Below, piece after piece: positions 50,029 through 55,046 of a DNA stretch of 55,046 bases (positions are counted from its first letter, which is position 1; each line of letters opens with the position of its first letter). Both the position numbers and the translations under genes were made by a program. Source of the DNA: Thelocarpon superellum (taxonomy: Eukaryota); contig JAPEUG010000075.1 in assembly GCA_026025795.1 (NCBI GenBank), positions 1-55,046 on the forward strand. Reading direction: 5' to 3'. The notes beneath the pieces are model-generated. The model ran no database searches and was not told where the DNA came from. It saw nothing but the letters and a program-made list of their open reading frames with translations.

Positions 50029-51509
50029 GATGTGACGTTGGCCTACTTGGACGTCTCAATTCGCGATGAGAGCGCCATAGAATAGCCGTACACGGCGCGA
50101 GTCGATCCTCATACTATCGTACTATTCCTAGTAGAAGAGGTGTCCGGGTAAGATGGCCAAATCATCCCGTACTCTTCAAAACTCTCTCCGACCTCCATGT
50201 TCGAGCACTGATCAACAACTCGCCATGGCGGCCTCTTGAAGAGCTTCGGGCACGTTGGCTGAGCTTCGCTCAGCTAAGGTGAGCATCTAAGCCCTAGCTC
50301 GCCAGGGTCTCCAGGCAATCCGTACGTGGGACCTGAGCGCCCACCCCCGATCCCGACGCGTTCGGCGCGGGTCTGGGTGACGACCCCGGCCAAGGCGCTT
50401 CAGTTAGTCCCTCTGTTGGGGCGATTACTACCGGTTACGAAGCAACCCGGCCCTGATCTCGTATCTGCACGTACTGTACAGGTACTGCGACGTGCGGTGG
50501 ACCCCTCAGCGTGTGCTTGGACGCTTTAGCCCGCTGGCTGCAAGCAATGCCGTCTCGCCAGCGCGTCTCCCATCGCTACCGTTACGCTGAAAACTTCGCT
50601 AAGCGACCGATATGAGGATCATGGAGGATTTGGCTCCACTAACCGCTTGCCCGGAGATATCTCCGCCTACGTCGCCAACGTCTTAGCCTAGATCCGCCGA
50701 CGTCGATGACCCGCTCAACGGCGAGGCAACTACGGTTCACTAGCGAATGCCCAGTCGAAAAGGTATCAATTTGGAGCTTGAAGACCCGATGGGAATAGGC
50801 GGATCCCTCTCCAAGTCGGCCAAGATCTACGATGGCCACCTTTTCTCGCCGCTGTCCCGGGAGCTGTACGCCTGCTCTTGGCCGATGTGGACGTGGATGG
50901 ACCATGCCATTCCGCTCCACGGCGCGGGCGTGTGCTCGTTGCAACCCATACCGCACAACGTACAAGTACTTGCATGGCGTGACAGTGTAAGCGGTGGCTG
51001 ATCTGGCACGCTGAACGGACGCAAGTGGGAGGACTGACTTTCCACATCCCTGTTTCGGCACTATGCACGTCTTGCTCGTCCCGCTGGCCGCTCACTCGAC
51101 GGCGAGTGCTATCGCCGTGGCGCGTGCGGGTTCGAGGCTGCAAGGGTCTCTGATCGATATGGCAAGGCCACGGACACTACCGCCATCCTCTAGGCCATGG
51201 CATTTGACGCAAATCCCGGTATTGGACGGCGGCCATGGGGAACATGCCACATCGGAGCACGTCCCTTTGCCGTGCAACGAGGCATGGCAATCGCCGTTGC
51301 TGCATGCCAATCAGAGTGCGACCCGTCAATTCCGCGCAGGCTTTGGGCGAGGACTTGACCCTCGCTTTTCGCTCGTCACACCCCACCCTCATTGCTCGTG
51401 GTCCCGGGCGACGGACGGAGCGGCGTCACCTTGGAGTTGTGATCCCGCTGGCTGAACTTGCCTCGCGTTGGACGTCTTTGGTCGCTCCACGGCATCCACG
51501 GCCGGCAGG

Positions 51510-52473
51510 ATGCCTCCGGCCCGGGCGAAACCGTCCGACATCGCGGCCGAGGCCAAGAAGACTTACATTCCTTACGTGGAGAAGATGCTGCCTCAGTTTC
51601 CCGCCAGTTCCTTCGTGCACGCGGATTCCTCCTTGATTCCGGTCGACGCCGAGCTCCGCGGTAAGGAACGTCTGCGCGTGGCCGTCATCGACGGCGACCC
51701 TGTCGACGTCGCGTTGGATTGGCATGAGGCCAACGTCAACGGCGCCGGCCACACTTCGTCCGGCCAGAATGGCGCGACGACCGCGCCACCGTCGCGGATC
51801 GCGCTCGTCAACATGGCCAACGAGAAGCGGGCGGGCGGCGACTGGGAATCTGGGTTGCTCGCACCGGAAGAATGCCTCTGTCGGCGCAGTAACTTGATCG
51901 TCGCCTTACACACCGTCCATCACGACGCCCTCCGGCCTCATTATCCCCTTCCCCCACGCGGCGGTCTGTACTCTCCCTTTGTGGGTATGTCTCGGCGCCG
52001 AAACTCTTCCCTTGGCTCCAAACAAGTCTCGTTGACCCGCGCATGCAGTCGTCTTCCGATCCGGGCCGGAATACTACGAAGTGTGGAGCGAATTCAAACC
52101 CATCCCCGTCATCTCGGTCTCCCCTGTGCGACGGCCGAAGCTGGACGCGTCGGGCGATCGATATGCATTTGAGCAGGAGAAGGAGCTGATGCAAGAGAAG
52201 ATACGCACCATCTTGCGCCTCGCGGCCCGGCATCGGCACAAGGACCTTTGCCTGGGCGCCTTCGGCGTGGGTCCGCACTTCCGTAACCCTGTCGGTCAAG
52301 TGGCAATCATGTGGAGGGAGGTGCTTTTCGACGAGCCCGAGTTCAGCGGCGTCTTCGCCAACGTTGTCTTCGGCATTGAGAAAGGCCAGGTGAGCGGCTC
52401 GAACGACAGCCCGACAGATTTCGACGTCTTCAAGCATGAGTTCAACCCGTCCCGGATTCTTCGCACTGCCTAA
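51510..52473 (+). CDS. Microbial-type PARG-like macrodomain protein (DUF2263/TIGR02452 family), about 299 aa
   Basis: Exons 51510-51984 and 52049-52473. VNMANEKRAGGDWESGLLAPEECLCRRSNL, GGLYSPFVVVFR, EKIRTILRLA, LCLGAFGVG..FRNP. Confidence 0.85.
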
Positions 52474-54637
52474 GACTTTGCCTTGGACACCTTTGGCCCA
52501 GCTCTGCGCGCGGTCTGTTGGCCGCCGGGCCCGTCCGGCCGCGCCTGTCGCCTGCGACCGCATGGGCGGGCTGGAGAGGACGGCGCGGCTGTGGCGAAGT
52601 CGTAGAGCCCACTCCCCCTCGCCCGACTTGATGCGGGCAGAAGGGTGCGGGGCCCACGTCGCCGAATCCCAGGGTCACTAAAAAGTGCCTCCTGACCGGA
52701 CGCGTCTCCAGTTAAGCGATCAGATTTGGCTGCGGCGTGCCAATTGGCATGCACCACGACGCAGTTTGCGGTCATGGGCCAGATGCAAATCACACCTTTG
52801 TCCGTGGGCGGATAAGTGCGCTACTCTGGGTCGAGTGGTACAAAGCGACGAGCCTGGCCTAGCGCACATCACTCGAATCAGGCGGATTATTCGCCCCACC
52901 ATGGACTTGAGTGAGCGAGCAGGCAATAGGCGCTGGACTCTGCTCTTTGGTTTTTGGTCTTTGGTCTTTGGTTCGATGCCGACGCACGGGGCAGGCGAGC
53001 GAGCATAAGGCGAGACGTGAATCATAGACCAGGCAAGATGAGGGGGTCCACGCTCTCCGCGGGACCCTCGGGGAGGCTTTGCCCCGGCGGACGTGGTAGA
53101 GGGCGAGGAATCATGCAATGACATGCACTGCGCTGTTCGGGGTTGGGGCGAGCGGCACGCCAAGCGGAGGGACCTCCGCCTACCAGATCGACCCAATCAG
53201 GGGGTCGTCGGCCCCCGGCGCCGCCGTGGCGATCCACCGCTACTGCGGGCCCTCTCGGGCATCCTAGATACCCGAAGAATCGATGGTCGATCCTGCACTT
53301 CGATTTCGATCGAAGGTGAACTTCGGCCAAGCCGCATGCACCCTCGACGCTCCACCATGCGGCCCAGCGATCGAGTTCCGTGGTGCCCATCTGCCGTGCC
53401 TCGCCTTCTCAAGTCCTCGCTGTCCCTCGCTCATGACTGGCCAGCTCCCATTCGCGCTACTGCCCGACAATGCGCGCGTCGATTGGCGCGGTAGCGGAGG
53501 TAACATAGGTTTCGTCCGAGCTGGTCATGGCCGGCCGCAGCTCTCCAGCACCCTCACCTCCAAATCCCGCTTATGCCGGTAGACGTGCGCCGCGCTTCGA
53601 TGCTCATCGCGACTTGAGCTGTACTTGCGGCGACTCTGGCAGGCCTCGTGCCCGACACACTTCGGGGATAGGTGTCTCGATTTCCCCACTCCCGAAGAGT
53701 CCCGCTTGACCGCGGCGCGGCGGCGCGGTCATTCGACGCGCTACTTTGTCCTCTCGTCGACGTCCAGCTTCTTTGATTACCAAGTCCCTGGTTAAAGACT
53801 TCAGGCCTGCGAAATCTCGCCAGAGTGGGCTCGAAGCAGCGTTGCGCTTGCGACCCTCACAAAAATCGTCCCTTTCACCTGGCGATTCATCAGGATCCAA
53901 ATTTCTGGCTGTTGCAGTAGACCGACGATTCACCAGCATTGCTTCTCGAATTCGATAGCTTCTCTATCACCGCCACCTGTCATCACTGAGAGGCATATCA
54001 ACATCCACTACTTCCTCTGGCGTGGGGTTGGGGTACGTGGAATCGTTCATATGGCCGTTTCATTGTGACCCCCACGGCTGGCTCTATCGTCGAGGTGTAA
54101 CCCTTCCTTTCGACTTTTGTGTTGCAAGCCAAGGTATTTCCTTCCCTCGGCGATGCGTGATCGTTATTCATCACAGATCGGGCCACTTTTGCTCGCTTGC
54201 AACGAAGAATGATCCATCGCACGCTTCACTGAGACGGCGTCTGTCATGGGGGTTTGCGACCGGGCACGAGCCTGAGTTGCTACCACTGCTACAATTGAGA
54301 CTATAGTCACGTAGCAAGAGCGGGGAATTGTTGACTAAGGATGACGTCAGATGGTAAAGAGGGCTGTGATTCGAACTGGACGAATATCTGCTACTCTGAT
54401 CGAATACCCAAAAGGATGCATAATCGTGCGAGATCGAGGTAGATCGATACATCAGCTTCTTTGCATGCTATAACGGTACCGGACCGACCATTGCGCGTCA
54501 TGTTTTGGAATTTCCCAATTAGGCGCCCGAGAACCCGACCACCCCAGTAGCTACGTAATAATAAGTTCATAGTGGGGGAAGGACATAGTGGGGCAAGGAA
54601 GATTCCATGAAGTTGTTGGGCCACCACTACCACCATA

Positions 54638-54675
54638 ACTACTACTACTACTACTACTAGTAGTACTATTAGTAG
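54638..54675. repeat. (ACT)7 microsatellite followed by inverted AGT copies (local palindrome)
   Basis: actactactactactactactagtagtactattagtag read directly. Confidence 0.85.
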
Positions 54676-55046
54676 CTCGGTGACGGCCACTACTACAGCG
54701 TCTATGTACTTCTACACGCAAGTACTTGTACGAAGTACATGACAAGGCCCGATCGATTCTCTCCGTCGGCGACTATCACTTCCACTGGGAGCAGTGCAAA
54801 GGTACTTGTTCTTTCTATCAGATCCCACGAACTGGTAGATAAGCAAGCACTTTTCACGTACAGTCGACCATGTCTCTGCTACCACGTCCTCACTTTGCTC
54901 CCGCACGAGATTAACTGATTTCCCTCAGCCACCTATCTGGCGACCTGGCTGGGCTGACCCGGGTAGCCAGAGTGGTACTAACATAGTGCTAGCGTAGCCC
55001 TTCACCATTCACCAGTCATTATTCGCACCTATTCACTGTGTGCAAT

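Noticed and set aside
52474..55046. Possible gene or pseudogene in the last 2.5 kb (fragments such as YPNPTPEEVVDVDMPLSDD on the minus strand)
   Set aside because: Fragments are interrupted by stops, cannot be joined by credible introns and match no family I recognise.

Overview
Eukaryotic DNA from a GC-rich filamentous ascomycete (Pezizomycotina-type). Genes carry short GT-AG introns with CTRAY branch sites, so the ORF track splits most of them; I rebuilt exon structures by hand. About 18 protein-coding genes are supported, in order: AT-hook/Zn2Cys6 transcription factor (+), full-size ABCG transporter (+), APC amino-acid/amine permease (-), copper amine oxidase (-), Pro-rich hypothetical protein (-), CFT2/CPSF100 (-), intronless helical-bundle (possibly HeLo-like) orphan (+), Pac2 WOPR regulator (-), NsdC-like C2H2 factor (+), a hidden 3-exon small secreted protein (-), Zn-independent MDR oxidoreductase (-), bacterial-luciferase-type NtaA/DszA/LadA monooxygenase (-), DUR3-like sodium:solute symporter (+), COG5 (+), SYS1 (-), COA6 (+), mitochondrial AsnRS (-) and a microbial-type PARG-like (DUF2263) protein (+). 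No tRNA, rRNA, CRISPR array or intact transposon is recognisable. The best candidate for an undescribed system is the reductase + monooxygenase + divergent DUR3-like transporter trio (36.6-43.9 kb), a likely uptake/catabolism module for an unknown substrate. Other leads are the long structured CFT2 intron with a competing frameshifting acceptor, the hidden secreted protein and the HeLo-like orphan. All family calls come from motif recognition, not database searches.
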